A stretch of 60,532 nucleotides of DNA, filler included, from Dugesia japonica (lineage: Eukaryota): NCBI GenBank assembly GCA_001938525.1. It is 5 parts of 5 records of this genome, joined end to end, with 100 filler letters (N's around TTAATTAATTAA, not from the genome) between each part and the next. Parts side by side here need not be neighbours in the genome. Positions count along the whole stretch, not along the records: positions 1 to 14,775 come from MQRL01272380.1; 4 more parts are not named here. One strand, written 5' to 3'. Within the stretch, counting starts at the first letter, position 1. Each line of letters opens with the position of its first letter. The notes under the pieces were generated by a model, which worked only from the letters and a program-made list of their open reading frames with translations, searched no databases and was not told the DNA's origin. Of this stretch, positions 1 to 13,559 are shown in pieces. The position numbers and the translations under genes were made by a program.

Positions 1-279
1 AGTAAAGAAGGTAGATAGTTGAAAGGTTATTCCTTTTTTCAAAAATTTAAATGTTTAAAATATAATTTTGGTATCATATTTAATCAAATTGTATCAAATT
101 AAGTTTCAACAAAATTGCAATGAGAATTCGGATAAACATGTTTGGCTTTCAAATCAGTTTGATAAATAACCGATGAAATATAAGTCGTAAAAAATTTAAA
201 GTCGTGTCACACCTATTAATTATTCGACATCAATGAAAAATTATATCATTTTTAAGGTAGAAGATCTGATAATAATATT

Positions 280-1450
280 GATAGGTAAAGACGAAATACG
301 TAGAGGAGGATATCATCAAGAGAAATCTAGAAAATAGGAAACCAAAGATTAGTTAAAGAAAGAAGACTTTAAGGTAATACTAATATTAGGCAATAAATAC
401 ATTGGCAGTGACCTGTAAATTCTGGAAAACAAAAATGAAACAACTTGAGAATGAAGAAATCAAAAAAGAAAGAAATGACAGAATGCACCAGCAGACTTAG
501 ATAACAAAGAAATGGAGAATAAGAAATAAATCAAGTAATTTATTAAGATGAATAAGAAAAATTGATTTAAATTAATAATTAAAGAGGGAAAAAATAAATG
601 AAATATATTGTTTAAGGAAAGGAATGCCTAAATTATATTAAAATTCAGTTTGAAAATGAAACATGGCTATCTAGTTAATAAACTAATTGAGAAAGAAATA
701 AAAATAAACAATAAATTTATGAAACAAAATAAGTCATGACAATTAATATTATATATAATATATTTAACAAGAAAACAGAAATAGATGAAAACGAAGTTTT
801 CCCATTAAGAAAAATGCAACAAATAAAACAATATGGTCAAGAAAACCTCATAGATTTCAGAAATTTAATCTAGAAAATCATAGCTAAACCAAAAAGGAAG
901 TTATGGGGGTTTTAAAGATAGCTAATTAGATTCCAACAGTTTTAAAATTCCAAAACACTGACCAATGCAAAGAAATCGTGCGATAGGATGCGAAAAATTA
1001 GAGATAATGAGAACGGTAGAAAAATAAAAGGATGCTAGTTAACCAATGAAAATAATGGGGGCGTACCAGAAAACTGATATAAATCCACTGTAATTTTCGG
1101 AAAAAATCAATTAGATAAATACATTTTAACTTGACACTAAAAAGCAAAAGGTGAATTATTAAAGCATTATTACAACGGTTTCCGAATCAGTAAATTATCT
1201 GTTCTATATGGATAAATGGATGTGATGTGTCCAGAATAGAATATATACCGTGTAGGTGTGTAAAATAATTGGTTAGAAATCTAGACTGTGCTAAGTGTAT
1301 GCAACAAAGGATATATAGATTTATTAATGCAAGTTGCCATGCTGATTTTAATAGCGTTCTGTGCTTGATCCAGATTGATATGCTGCTAATAGTATAACTT
1401 TTCATAAACTGAATTATCCTTTCTTAATAATAAAGATTAGCAAAAACTAC
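280..1450 (+). mobile_element. Degenerate LTR-like fragment related to the solo LTR at 25603-27186
   Basis: Shares colinear blocks with 26230-26700, e.g. aattccaaaacactgaccaatgcaaagaaatc vs aattccaaaattctaaccaataaaaagaaatc, ttaaccaat...ataaat, and aaaggtgaatt. Boundaries are approximate. Confidence 0.4.
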
Positions 1451-2734
1451 ATTTTATGGATTAAATATTCAAATAATGTTAATTTAATAATGATAATATT
1501 GATTAATAATTGTAGTAATAAGAAATATTTAATTAATAAAGGGGTAATGATAAAACTAGTAATAAAATACGAGTAAAGCTCTTTTAAAGTAATGCAAATC
1601 ACCGTAATAATTCTCGAATTTCGCTACCAACAGTTTTAATGATAATGATAATGATCATGATAATTATGAGAACTCTTAAAATAATAATCGATGATAACAC
1701 AAAAAAAACGATAACTTAATAAGTCAACGATAAGTAGTAGTGATAGCAACTAGTGACAATAACGATATTTCAAAAATAAATTAAAATCAATATTTTTCAT
1801 GGAAAATAAAAAAGTATGGTTTTAAAAATATTGTTTGCCAATTAAATAGTTAAAAAAAATTTAAAATTTTCAAGAAATAGATTTTCACAATTATTTTACT
1901 CATAATTTGTAAGTAGATTTTATGGATTAAAAATTCTTAATTTTTATTTTCTTTAAAAAAATTCATTTAATCGTTTAGTAAAGAATTATTTATTTAATGT
2001 AAGTATTAAATTAATTATTAATATAGTCATATATTGATTTAAAAATGCTTCACAAACTCATCGGTACAATGAAAATAGCGCTACAACGACAATGTAATTT
2101 TTCTAGCACGATTAATGTATAATTATAAAATTAATTGAGAAGATGTTATAATTTTATTGAGAATAAACAAAACTTTAGAATTTTATATTTAGTGAAAAAA
2201 TTTCATGAAATATATTTATGACACCAAAATATTTATAAATCAATTAATTAATTTATTAAAATTAATTAAAATTAATCAAATGAATATCGTTATAAAGAGA
2301 GATGACTTTATAATTTAATTAACAATTGATATACAGTCTTAAAGATTCAATAATTGATTAAGATAAATTTGTAAAAACCTGATAAATTGAAGCAATCTTA
2401 TTGGGTTACTATTATATAAGAAATTTAATAAATAAATTATAACAATTTAATAAGGGACAACCTATTTTAACTTGATGAATATAATATGCTATATACAAGG
2501 CGTAAGAAAATATTTGTAAGCACACACATTCACAAAAAGGTTATACTATAGACTAACATTCATTATTTCTCGATTCTGTAAGGAACAATCTCATTTTATT
2601 AATACCCTATTTTTAATAAAAACTAATTACATTTTTTGAAAGCATATCAAGTGCTAGCTTGGAAGGAAAATTTCCGTGCAAAATCAATAAAACCAGAGCA
2701 AAGAACTATTTAAATTTATTTATTAAATATTTAT

Positions 2735-4030
2735 AAAATTATTATGATTTCCTCCATTGACAAAAAGTGTATTATCAGCGCTTATGAAAATGGAGAGCAT
2801 ATGAATATTGTAGCCAGGCACGTCAATATCAATAAAGTTACAAGCACAAATATATTATACTGATTGAATAAAACCAGATCAATTTTATCCTGTAAAAGTG
2901 TAGGATAAAAAAGAAATTAATAATTGAAGAAATGGGGAATGAAATCTTGGCGAAAATTGGAAAGTAGCCCGACATAACATTAGAAGAAATGAAAATATTT
3001 TTGCCTCAAAACAACTGCCATGTTTCTTCAGGAATTATTTCAAATGTTTTGAAAAACAAGTTCCACGCGTTCAAGAAACTCAAATATATCAACGTTGAGA
3101 AGAATTCAGACAGAGTTAAGGAACTCCGGAGAGATTATCTAAAAAATATGCTATGTTACTCTGTCCGTTCTGAGCAGTGAGTTTACATAAACGAAACGTA
3201 CTGCAACATTGTAACACAAAAATTGGAAGTACGAACAGCTAGGGGACAATCGACATATTTACCAGTGCAATAACAAAGAAAAGCAAACATATCAATTTTG
3301 ATGGCCATTGGAAAAAAGTGCCCATTCATTTTGAAATCTGTAAACGATCTGTCACTCAGTCAAAATATCAAAATTTTATCAGTGACTTAAGCATTATCTT
3401 GAAATCAAGGCTGCATTATCTTTCATTAAAATAAGAAAAAGCTTCGATCAAAATAAAATGTATTTGTAAACAGGTTCAAATTTTTGACAATATTCTTCTT
3501 CAGAAACATGTTGGTTTCTTGATATATTCAAAACAATAGATCTTTGTTACTCAAATCTTAAAATTTTAAAAGATCTATTGTATTGAATATATCAAGAAGC
3601 CAACATGTTTCTGAAGAAGACTTTTGTCGAAAATTTGAACCTTTTTATAAATACATTTTATTTTGATAGAAGCTTTTTATTATTTAAATGAAATCTTAAA
3701 TGCGATCAATGGTTAATTCCAACAATTATTCTCACAATAATTGTAATTATAAAATGGTTTATCTTATCCATGATAATTCTCCAATTTACAATGATGTCCT
3801 CATTACTGCAGATTGTCATAAAATTTGGAAGCTCCCTCCCTAGAGCACAACCCGATTGAAAATTATTTACCTAAAAAAATTATAATTGAGAAAGAAACTT
3901 ACTGATTTCGATTTTAATTCCAATATTAATTCGAAATTGGAAGTAATCAAAAACGCAATAATGGCTTCTGAGAAAGAAGTTAATTTAAGCAAGTATTTTC
4001 ATCATGAAAAAATCTTTTATCCGAGTTGCT
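2735..4030 (+). pseudogene. Tc1/IS630-mariner DDE transposase pseudogene, interrupted by a foldback MITE
   Basis: HTH-like N-terminus (KCIISAYENGEHMNIVARHVNINK); KKLKYINVEKNSDRVKELRRDY; VYINET (first D region, ~3181); LIHDNSPIY (second D, ~3765); LPP*S..NPIENY (~3833-3870). Contains stops and frameshifts. Confidence 0.7.
3412..3752. mobile_element. Foldback/MITE with ~130-bp inverted arms; family recurs at 21320, 21672, 49021 and 59305
   Basis: 3421-3545 is the near-perfect reverse complement of 3568-3695. The end motif cgatcaatggttaa(t/g)tccaacaattattctcacaataattgtaatta recurs in the other copies. Confidence 0.75.
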
Positions 4031-5037
4031 TGACGTTTGAAAATATATAATAAAATTAGATTTTCTTTTTTTATTAACTTTTATGTTGAAATTAATTAAA
4101 ATATCTAAAAAAAATAATATAAATGCAAAGAGAAATATTAATTAGGGCCTTACTAAATTTCTTTGTTTCTTTATTTAAATGTTTTAACATTTGATTATTT
4201 CAATAACTTTTTTGCCATCATGATGATTTATTGAAAACAAGTGTCTATTTTATTAGTTCTGAAACTGCATGTGTAGAGAGATTCGAAAAGTATAACTAGA
4301 GCATACTAAATTAAAAGCAAGAAAGCGAACACAGAGTCTGAATCCGCTTATGTACAAGCGTTAGCAATTGTTGCTAAAAGGAAGCCAATATTTTACATCT
4401 TTTAATGGATTTTATTCCCTTATAAATATATTAAATCTTATAACTTAATCACTCAAATCTTTATAAAAGTTATTAAAAGTCTTAGAAAATGTATTAAATC
4501 CTAAATTATTCATATAATTATATAAAGAATTAGACCACTATAATCATAACCTTAAAAACATTAATTAAACAAATAGAAAATAATTAAAATCATTTACTCA
4601 TACTTATTTTTCATATAAGATATTACCCCGAGCAATGTTAATATTAATTATCCCCAGACAATATTAACGTTAACAAAATATTACTTAGCAATATTGATAA
4701 TAATGTTAATATCCCCCATGGAATACAACTAAAGAACGAAAGGCTTCACTTTTCTCGAAAATATTAGGATTGAAAACATGTTCACCTTCGAGAAAATTAT
4801 CAAAAATGCAATCAGAGTGTTCAACGGGAAATGATACGATTTGATTTATCATAACATATCCACATATGCAATGTTTTATTAAGCAGAATTAAACGCAAGG
4901 ACATTTATGAACATTAAACAACAATCACCAACACTACAATAAAACCCCGTTAGATATCAATTTTCGTAGAGACAATGAAAGAGATAATCCTATTTAAAAA
5001 ACCCACATTGATACGTTGTTTACATTGTTACAAGACG

Positions 5038-5870
5038 GGTAGGGGGATAGTAGGGCACTGCTCTACTTTGAGAATGGGGACAATTTGTAGAGGATCCCCC
5101 TTCTCCCAGGAAGGGGTCGGAAACCCATGAAGATTGTCCTGTTATTTTTGTCCTGTTTTATTTTTCTAACATTTTTGGGATCAAAATTTTTTTGATCGGA
5201 TCGTATTTTTTGATTCTGGGTGTGTGTGTATTTTTAAATTTTAAGGTTTGTGTGTGTTTGGGTTGTTAAGGTGGATTTTAAAAAGTAGGTCAAGTTGAGA
5301 TTGTGTGTGTGGTTGTATGTGTGTTTGAAAGAAGGAATTTGGACTCGAATGGGAGCTAGAAATCTTGGAAATACTATTTTTGATGTTTTTAAGATTTGAT
5401 TGTTGTTGGACAAACATTTGGTCCATATATTGTCAAAATGACTTATGAGATTGGATGAATGATTTGTCCTAGAAAAGTGGTAGCCCAGGGGGACGGTCGT
5501 AGGAGTTATCGTGGGGTGTTTTTTTGGAGGCTGTTGGTTTGTATGTGATTGATGGATTTTGTTGGTTGATGTGTTGTTATGAAATGTATTGAGTTGCATC
5601 TGAGTTGCATCTATTGCATTTATTTAAATAATCAATAAAAATTCTTAGGCATGTAATTTTTAATGTATGTGTGTGGGGTATGAGTTGTATCCAAGTTGCA
5701 TACCTATTGCATTTATTGAAAAAATCAATAAAAATTATCAGGCATTTGATTTTTAGTGTATGTGTGTTGCATCTGAATTTTATACATATTAGATTTATTA
5801 ATAAAAAAATTCCTTGACACGTGATTTTCAGTGTATGTGTATTGCATCTGAGTTGTATACCTTTTGCAAT
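5038..5870 (+). repeat. Left TIR of the Polinton, with internal tandem subrepeats at 5590-5870
   Basis: 5038-5580 is the diverged reverse complement of 14175-14595. 5590-5870 (gagttgcat...tgcatttatt...aataaaaatt...catgtaatttttaatgtatgtg units) matches 13560-13735. Confidence 0.85.
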
Positions 5871-6089
5871 CATATTTTGCAATAAAAAAATATATTGACA
5901 AAAAGAAACATTTATTACACACCAACAACAACTGGTTTTCTTTTTTATCCTCTAGTTGGATTTCTATTGGTTTCTGGATTTTTATTGGTTCCTGGTTTGT
6001 TTCTATACCTTCTGCATCCAATAAAATTATACATACTAACATAAAAAGTTAATAAATATAGATTCTTTAAAATATTTCATTATTTTCTA

Positions 6090-6690
6090 AATTGTATATA
6101 TTCGCAATTCATCACACAAGCAATATGAAAGCAGATAGATATATGCAACAAAGATAATGAAGATACTCTACCCAATCAAGGGTACAAAGTGATGACAATC
6201 GTCAATCAAGCCTATACACGGGACTATATGAATAATTTGAATATGTGTTTAGTAAATTAAGCAGAGAGAATAAAAGGATAAAACAATCTGGAACCCTTTA
6301 TGAATCCAATGACAGAAATATCCAACAACGAAATTTAGTTGCATCGATATAAGTTGGAGAATAAACTACAAAAAGATCTTCATGCCTTTACAGATATTTT
6401 ATTTAGTGGTGGTAATAATTTTACTAATATTAAGACAATTATTATTATATAATTAGGTTTTAAGAAAAGAAGAAAGCAATAAAACACTTCAATTCGATCC
6501 AACCAACATCAGCTATTTAGATTTATAAGGAAGAAAAAGTTAAAATTACCAATAAATTGAACATGGACATACAATATCAGAGTCTGGAGATAATTAATAT
6601 AAAGAGAACAAATGTTAAAATGCAAGCTCTATCCATTGAATTTGGTAAACAAAGACAATGTCATGTGGATAGTAAGCAAAATAGTGGTAA
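6090..6690 (+). pseudogene. Probable remnant of the Polinton integrase C-terminus/chromodomain
   Basis: YKLE/KVGDK-like segment near 6350 and YQSLEIINIKRTNVKMQAL, resembling the start of a chromodomain. Highly decayed; no DDE core recognised. Confidence 0.3.
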
Positions 6691-7399
6691 TATGTTTTTT
6701 ATTTATGTAAACTTATTAACTATTAATTTAGATCCAGTATGCAATGTCAAACAATCACACCAACATCTTGTTTCTTGGTTGTAAAAGATTTTTTTTATTA
6801 AGTGTAGTAAATATTTTGTGTAGTTTTTTTTCAATGTAATATAATAAATCTTATGTAATCAAAGTATTTTTTATTGTAAACATATAATTTTAATTAAATC
6901 TTATAATTAAATAAAAAATCTTTTTTAAATAACTTTTTTGAATTGTTGGTAATATTTTTAATGCGGATACGAAATAATTTATTTCAATTTTTTCTAGGAT
7001 TTCTTCTATAACAAGGTCCAAATTCATTATTAATAAACATTTAAATTAATTTTGCTTATATTTAATATGCACGTGACATGCACAATACATGCTTGCGTCT
7101 TTCACAATGTATGTTTGTATTAATGAAACTTAATAAATAAAAAAACCAACACATAATAATAACAACTTTTATTTAGATAAATACAATAATGTACAATTTT
7201 GATCCTAAAGAGGACCGGTTATGGGTTCACAATTTTTTTTGGATAATGTTTTCTTTTTTATTCTTAGTAAAAAACAATTAAAATAAAATTTAGAAACCAA
7301 ATAAATAACTAACATTGTTTGAGGTTTTGTTCTTGACCAAGCTCCGTCAGATGAACGGTTTTATGTAAAAAACTATATGATACTATAGTGACCATATGG

Positions 7400-9730
7400 G
7401 ACACTTTTATTTTTGCCTACCCATATGCACTTATTATTTGTATTTGTTTTCTTCAATGTTACGCCTTTGGCTCTCAGGATGTTCTTTTCACTAAGCATGC
7501 TATAGCATTTTGGCGTCAAAAATACCCATTCTTGATACTTATTCCATTTATTTTCATCTTTAACTTTTCTCTATGACTGATTTCATGCTGTTATTATAAA
7601 GGGTATAATTTATTTTTCGTAATTTAGTCTTTTCTATTTCTAGTAAAAATCTATCTGTATCGCCGGCTACAATATTAAATTTATAATTATATCACTTTTT
7701 TTAGTTCTCCAACTCAAAGTACTAAAGTTTATACATTATCAATTTTGAGAGGTCAAGTGCAGTTAGTTCTATATAGCTCAGGCGATCTAAGCAAACTATG
7801 TCCTTTTTGAGAAGAACTGTAATTAAGTCATCATCAATTTTTGTTGTTTTCTTAAATCCAGCTTTTGGTGTATATGTAATCAGCTTCTTTGCCGAAATAG
7901 ATAAGCGCTGATTGATCCTGTTCTTGAGATTTTCCACTGATTTTTCATATTAGCTGTTATTTAACAGTTTATAATAACTTTTATCCAATTCTGTAACACA
8001 ATTTGATCTGAAAATTGTGTAAGTATTGATATAGTAAGTCTCGAATATTGAAGCCTGACTGAATTTTACTCCTTGATGAACCTTCATTACTTTAACTGCT
8101 AAACTTAAATACATCTGCAGCAATCCCCAGTGCACTATGCTATTGTTCTAGGAGTAGTGCGTTAACATTAATTTATTCACTTTACAACCTAAAGCGCTTC
8201 TATGTTCTGCTGCAACCGGTAAATCATTCAAATAATCATGAATTTCGGCAGGAATCACAATGTCTACCTCAAGAGAATATTCATATGATAATGATTCTAG
8301 ATCTGCATTCTTACACTGTCCCAAAACCATATCTAATCCATTATAGATCCTTTTAAAATTTGCAAAGGGCAACCTTTGATTAAATGCCCAACCAAATAGA
8401 TTATTTATATCTATATTCAACAATTCAACATTTTCACTAATGACAACATGGTGCTTGTTAACGAATTTTAACCCTACTCTTATATATCCTTCAAAAAAGG
8501 TATACATATCGTTATTTAGGAGCGACTAAATCGGTTTTTCTAATGACATCAACGCAAATGCACATGAAATTCCAGGTATTCCGAAAAAATTCAACTGTTC
8601 CAAAATATTATATGCTAAAGATTTTGCCCTAAATTGCTCGAAAAGATCAGCAAAAAAATAACATCATATTTAAATATAACATCATATAGTCCAGCAAATT
8701 TGTACATAAAAATATTTCCCACATCGATAATACTTTTTCATACATCCTCCCATTTTGGTGGCATTTGCTTTGTTTCTTCCAAAGCCTGTAAGGTCGTTGC
8801 AAAACTGTACGGAAATAATCCTTTGACTTGGTAATAATTTGATTCTTAAACTGCTCTGTAGTCAAAGGTGTTGCTTTTAAGGATTTAAGTAATTTATGAA
8901 CTGATAACTGTCGAGGAATTAAATTGTTGCTTATTTATTTTGCTGTACAATTAAACAGAAAATTTTCTGATGTTGTCGGGATGCGGGATTTTTCCCAAAT
9001 CTTAGATTTATTAATACCATACTTAAGGATGTGATGAACATCATATTCTCATAACTTATGAAAGACCACTGGTAGTTGAATATGAACTTTTCTACTTAAA
9101 TTGCATTGGTGAAATGTTGCTCCTCTATATTTCCCTGTGAAATGGTCATGGTCACGGACGGGATCTCTTTTTTTCTTATTACATTAGTAACAACTTTTTG
9201 CAGCTTTGAATTCTTTATCTTGATCCTAAGTTATTATTATTTTCTTTTTTCCTTACGTTTCATAATAAAGAAATTTAATGTTTTCGCTTATTTCCTCCAC
9301 AGCCTTTAGGAAATTATACACACAGTCATCTCTAATAAACTGTCTGTTTTTGTTTCGTTGGTAAAATTATTTACCAGCAACATACCAGACGAAACGGGTA
9401 AATGTTTCTGGAAATGCTTCTCATCTGGAGGTAAAACTGACTCAAAATCCACATATATATGTAACAAAAGATGGTGTTATAGTTTTTGAATAATCCTTAA
9501 AAATCAAGTTCTTCTCTGTTGGCATCTTATACATTGTAGTACCTGCCTGAATCTTTTCACAAATTGGTTCACGCTTTTTATATGCTACTTCATTTTTGAA
9601 TTCATTCAGACAATTAGGACACCATGTTGATTGAATGCCAGTTATAAAAGCAAATATCTTTTTCATTTAAAAAAAACAGTGCATTCTTCATAACATCAAA
9701 GGATAAAACATAGCATATTTCTTCTTCATA
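7400..9730 (-). pseudogene. Protein-primed family B DNA polymerase (pPolB), fragmented
   Basis: WCPNCLNEF zinc region; LPVVFHKL*EYD (HNxxxYD exonuclease II); FLDSYQFI; YIRVG (IRGG); NIDINNLFGWAFNQRLP (DxNxLY motif A); YYKLLNNS (motif B); VAGDTDR (DTDS motif C, ~7650-7675). Many stops and frameshifts. Confidence 0.9.
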
Positions 9731-10491
9731 ATAGTTTTTTTAAATTAAAATTTAACTTATAAAAAAAATATTTAAAAACATAATAAAATCAAAAATACTA
9801 ACGTGAATCTCCACCCACTATCATTCGAAATCCTTCACCTCTATGTCTCATTTCGTCAAAATTCTAAATTACATAATTAATTTATTTATAATAAATAATA
9901 ACAATCTTACAGCATTCATAGTTGAAATAAATCTTCTTTCATTTTGTTTATATGAATTCATGATAAATCTAAAAAAAAATAAAAGTCAACAATGTTAATA
10001 ATAATAATAATAAGTTACTTTAAGCTATCTTGAGTTGTTCACTAGTTTTCTAAAAATAATTTGAAATTGTGATGAATAATAATAAATTTTGCCAAGGTTT
10101 TCAACTCTGGCTAATCAAATCTAAGCAATCAAATTCGAGGACATGTGTATTTTAAAATGTCAAATTAATTTAAAGTATTGTAGACATATTACGTTGCGGT
10201 ATTTTAAATCAATTTTTAAAAATACAAATATATTACGTTGTGGTATTTTATATTAATCTTACAAAATACATATATATATAAATATATTACGTTGTGGTAT
10301 TTCAAAATAATTTTATTTATTTTTATTATAAAACGTGTCAAAATAATAATAAAAATATGTATTAATAGCATATTACTTAGAATTTTTTTATAAATAAATG
10401 TTGATTTTTTATTCTTAGTTTTAATAAATAATAAAGATTTCATTTCAATAAAAGACATTAATTTTTTTATAACAAGAACAAATAAATATTG

Positions 10492-10845
10492 TCAAGTGCA
10501 ATTTTGTTTTTTAAACCACAATAAACCTTGTTGACCACATGTAGTTGTAAATGGATCTTGATATCTGATTTTATTGTAAACTATTGGTTTTGGTATTTTC
10601 GATAAATGTGACACCAACATTGATAGATAATAAAATGCTAATGGGTTGAATACCAGTATTTGAGCAGGTTTATTGTAAACAGTTATACAATGTTCTCCAG
10701 CTAGATTTGATGTATGAGTATTGACAATTAACACAATGTTTACTGTAATATATTTTAGAATTTTATCGAACGCATAAACACCTAACCATGATAATCCAAG
10801 CCACTGTGATGCAATCCGATCAATCTGAATAGTACTATTAAAATA
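10492..10845 (-). pseudogene. Adenain-like maturation cysteine protease of the Polinton
   Basis: WLGVYAFDKI, then IVNTHTSNLAGEH(C)I...FNPL...RYQDPFTTTCGQ, matching the NTxxxxxxGEHW / FDS / QxxxxxxCGQ pattern of Polinton proteases. Confidence 0.85.
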
Positions 10846-10872
10846 AAAATCACTTGTATAAAAATCACTTAC

Positions 10873-12036
10873 TTCATAACATGTACCAATTACACAAAAT
10901 ACTGATTACACTAATACTGTTCCGTTTTCTTTAATCTGAATTTCTTTTCCAAATACTCCATAAATTATAACATGCTTGATTTCCAATCTCAAATGTTCTT
11001 GTTGAGGTTATTGACTTTGATTTATATCAAAAACTGGAGCAATACAAATGTAAAGAAGGAATAATTATCCTTAAAATCTTGAAGTGTTATTCCACAATTC
11101 ATATTCTTATCCAAATATCCCATATTTCTTACTATAGATTGCATTTATGTTGTAACATAATTATCGTTTGTAAAATCTTGAGTATATATTTCTCGATAAT
11201 CAGTGTTTTTCGTCAAAGACACAGAAACAGCATCTAAATTTTCAAATGTTGAACTCGAGTTTTTATAAATACCATTATACTGTTCACCATTTTGAAATGT
11301 AACCAGAATAAAGCTAAGTAATCGACGATCACCAATGATTCGTTCCTTATAAAACAATGAACTATCTTTACTAATTGAAAATGCAACGACTTCCTTGGCT
11401 CTTATTGAATAAACAGCATTTTTTCTTCTTTAAACCCATTTGATGAGCAATTAGTACTGAAGGTTCAAAACGTACACGTCTAACCATTAATGTTGCATCT
11501 AGTAATATATATTTAAATTGATTGGCTGCAGATTCCAAACAAATATCAGCATCTGCTTGTTTTAATCGAATATGAATATTGACACCTAGAATAAGGTATT
11601 TCGGTTGATCCATGAAATCGAGTTGCAATGAACCGCAAAGAGCCAATTGTTTTGATATTTTAATAGAATTCTTTCTATCTGCTTCTGATACATATCTAAT
11701 GGCTGTAAGACAGATATTTTTACTATCACCATTATAATTTATTTTAGTTTCAATTATTGCTTTATGAAGATAAGATCGATTTCTACCTTCAATTTTGAAA
11801 TTATTAAATGAAACAATTACATCCTTAAAAAGCGTATGTAGCATATAATTACTCGGAACTGCATCACGAGGGTCAGTCAAATCTTTACCAGACTTATCAA
11901 CCACCTTCACGTTAATATACAATAAAGTATCATTCAAGTCCAAATATTCTATTTGAGATTCATTTATAAAAAACTCTACGTCACTTTGTGATTCAGAAAT
12001 TGAATTCATAGGAAAGACATTTTCGAAAGTATACAT
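10873..12036 (-). pseudogene. Double jelly-roll major capsid protein (hexon-like) of the Polinton, frameshifted
   Basis: VEFFINESQIEYLDLNDTLLYINVKVV...NYMLHTLFKDVIVSFN...YLHKAIIETKINY...LQLDFMDQPKYLILGVNIHIRL. Continues in 11145-11357 and towards 10873. Confidence 0.88.
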
Positions 12037-12057
12037 AGTTCAGTTTTACCGCAAATT

Positions 12058-12260
12058 ATTTTTCAAATATTGTTCCATGGCCTCTTATTCGTTTGTTTAT
12101 ACGTGATCCATGAGATTTCTTACGTTTTCTACTATTTTGTGGTGTCATGACTTGATTTAATAGCATATTAGTTATTTCTGAGAATATTTTAGTAGTTATT
12201 CTTTGCTTCTTTTAGAATCATACTGGTTATTCCCTTAGGAAATGATGATATAACATTTTC
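12058..12260 (-). pseudogene. Basic core-protein-like remnant immediately upstream of the capsid gene
   Basis: ...QNSRKRKKSHGSRINKRIRGHGTIFEK*. A basic C-terminus ending in an xIF motif just before the capsid gene is usual in adintovirus-type Polintons. Confidence 0.4.
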
Positions 12261-12544
12261 AAGCTCAGCTATTTAATTTGGTAGTATTTTTCCGTCATTA
12301 GCTAGGAATCACTATTTAGTTTTATCAACTTTTCTACGCCTCAAAAACATGTTGGGTTTTTTTGTATCCGTCAATATCGTCTTTAGTTTCCCCATAGCAA
12401 CAACTCGATGCAAATTTTAAGTTAACATTAGGCAATGATTGCAATTCACCCATTGTTTATTAAGATATTAGTGAAAGGTGACTATTGTTTATTTGAAATG
12501 ACTTAAGCATAATGCCGCCATTGCAATTAGAAGTAATGTTGCTA

Positions 12545-12770
12545 TAAATTATTTCGTATTACTTTCCTCCTATTTTTTGTATTTACAAATAAGGTTTTTT
12601 ATGTTTTTTCAATGTTTCCTTTTTAGCTTCGCTCAAATTTACATTACTACAAACAATATTTACAATAATCTCAAGTAAATCATCCATAACATATTTTGGA
12701 AATGATTCTCATTGATTTTGATGATTTAATCAAAGCAGTAAAAAACGGAATACTTATTTCTAATTTAATT
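12545..12770 (-). pseudogene. Small conserved Polinton basic protein remnant
   Basis: DDLLEIIVNIVCSNVNLSEAKKETLKKHKK resembles the ExxxNxLxGNVxLxxxxKxxLxxHK motif of the small gene that follows the ATPase in Polintons. Confidence 0.5.
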
Positions 12771-13057
12771 TTTATTTTAATAACAAAGACAGTTAATTGT
12801 TTATAATGATATCCATTTTACATTCATCAATTCAAGTTTCTTTCCGTACTTTTTGTAAGTTTTTTGAACTTGTTCAATTGTTTTTTTTGCTGCATTCGTT
12901 ATCTTATGAGATTGTTTGTTGTGAGATTTATTTTAATAAGACTGATTTGTCTTTTTCTTCAAAACTAACGTTTTTCGTTGTTTAACAACATCACCGCCAG
13001 TAACTAAATCAACTACAATTTTCTTAAACTTTGCCATTTTATATAATATTATAAAAA

Positions 13058-13500
13058 TTACTTATTTTGTTTATATACTGTGATACCATTACGGTTGATT
13101 ATATCAGTTGTCATCCTATAATCATCTGGACATTGTTTTGTAAAGTCTACAATTAGATATCCATGTGGTTTTTCTATGGCATCTTGAAATGATTCAATAA
13201 CAAATTGTCTGATATTTGGATATGCTTGTCTCGCTAAAAAATCAACAATAGTTTGATCTCTAAGAATTTTGAATAAAACCAAATTTTGCACGTAAAAATT
13301 ACGTGTTATATGACTACCTTCTCGAGGAAATAGATTTTGAGTTATAAATATTACAGTCAAATTAAGATGTCTCGATATCTTTGTGAATTAACTATTGAAA
13401 TATTTTTCTTTGTTTACCTATTGATACAAATCATCAACAACAATAGCATGACCTGGTCTTATTTATTATTATTTCTGAATTAAGCATTATTTCTGAATCT
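13058..13500 (-). pseudogene. A32/FtsK-like DNA packaging ATPase (Walker B half; Walker A lost)
   Basis: AIVVDDLYQ (Walker B, ~13425-13450)...FTKISRHLNLTVIFITQNLF...NLVLFKILRDQTIVDFLARQAYP...DAIEKPHGYLIVDF. Confidence 0.88.
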
Positions 13501-13559
13501 CAAAATCTTGTTTTTTCCCTAATTTACTCATAATTTAGTACATTGTTTATAATTGAAAG

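Noticed and set aside
5234-6052. ORF-track entries within and beside the left TIR
   Set aside because: Translations of TIR subrepeats and low-complexity DNA, with no protein motifs.
7400-13500. Alternative genetic code or stop read-through as an explanation for broken viral ORFs
   Set aside because: Frameshifts and deletions accompany the stops, catalytic motifs are mutated, and host exons read cleanly in the standard code. This is ordinary pseudogenisation.
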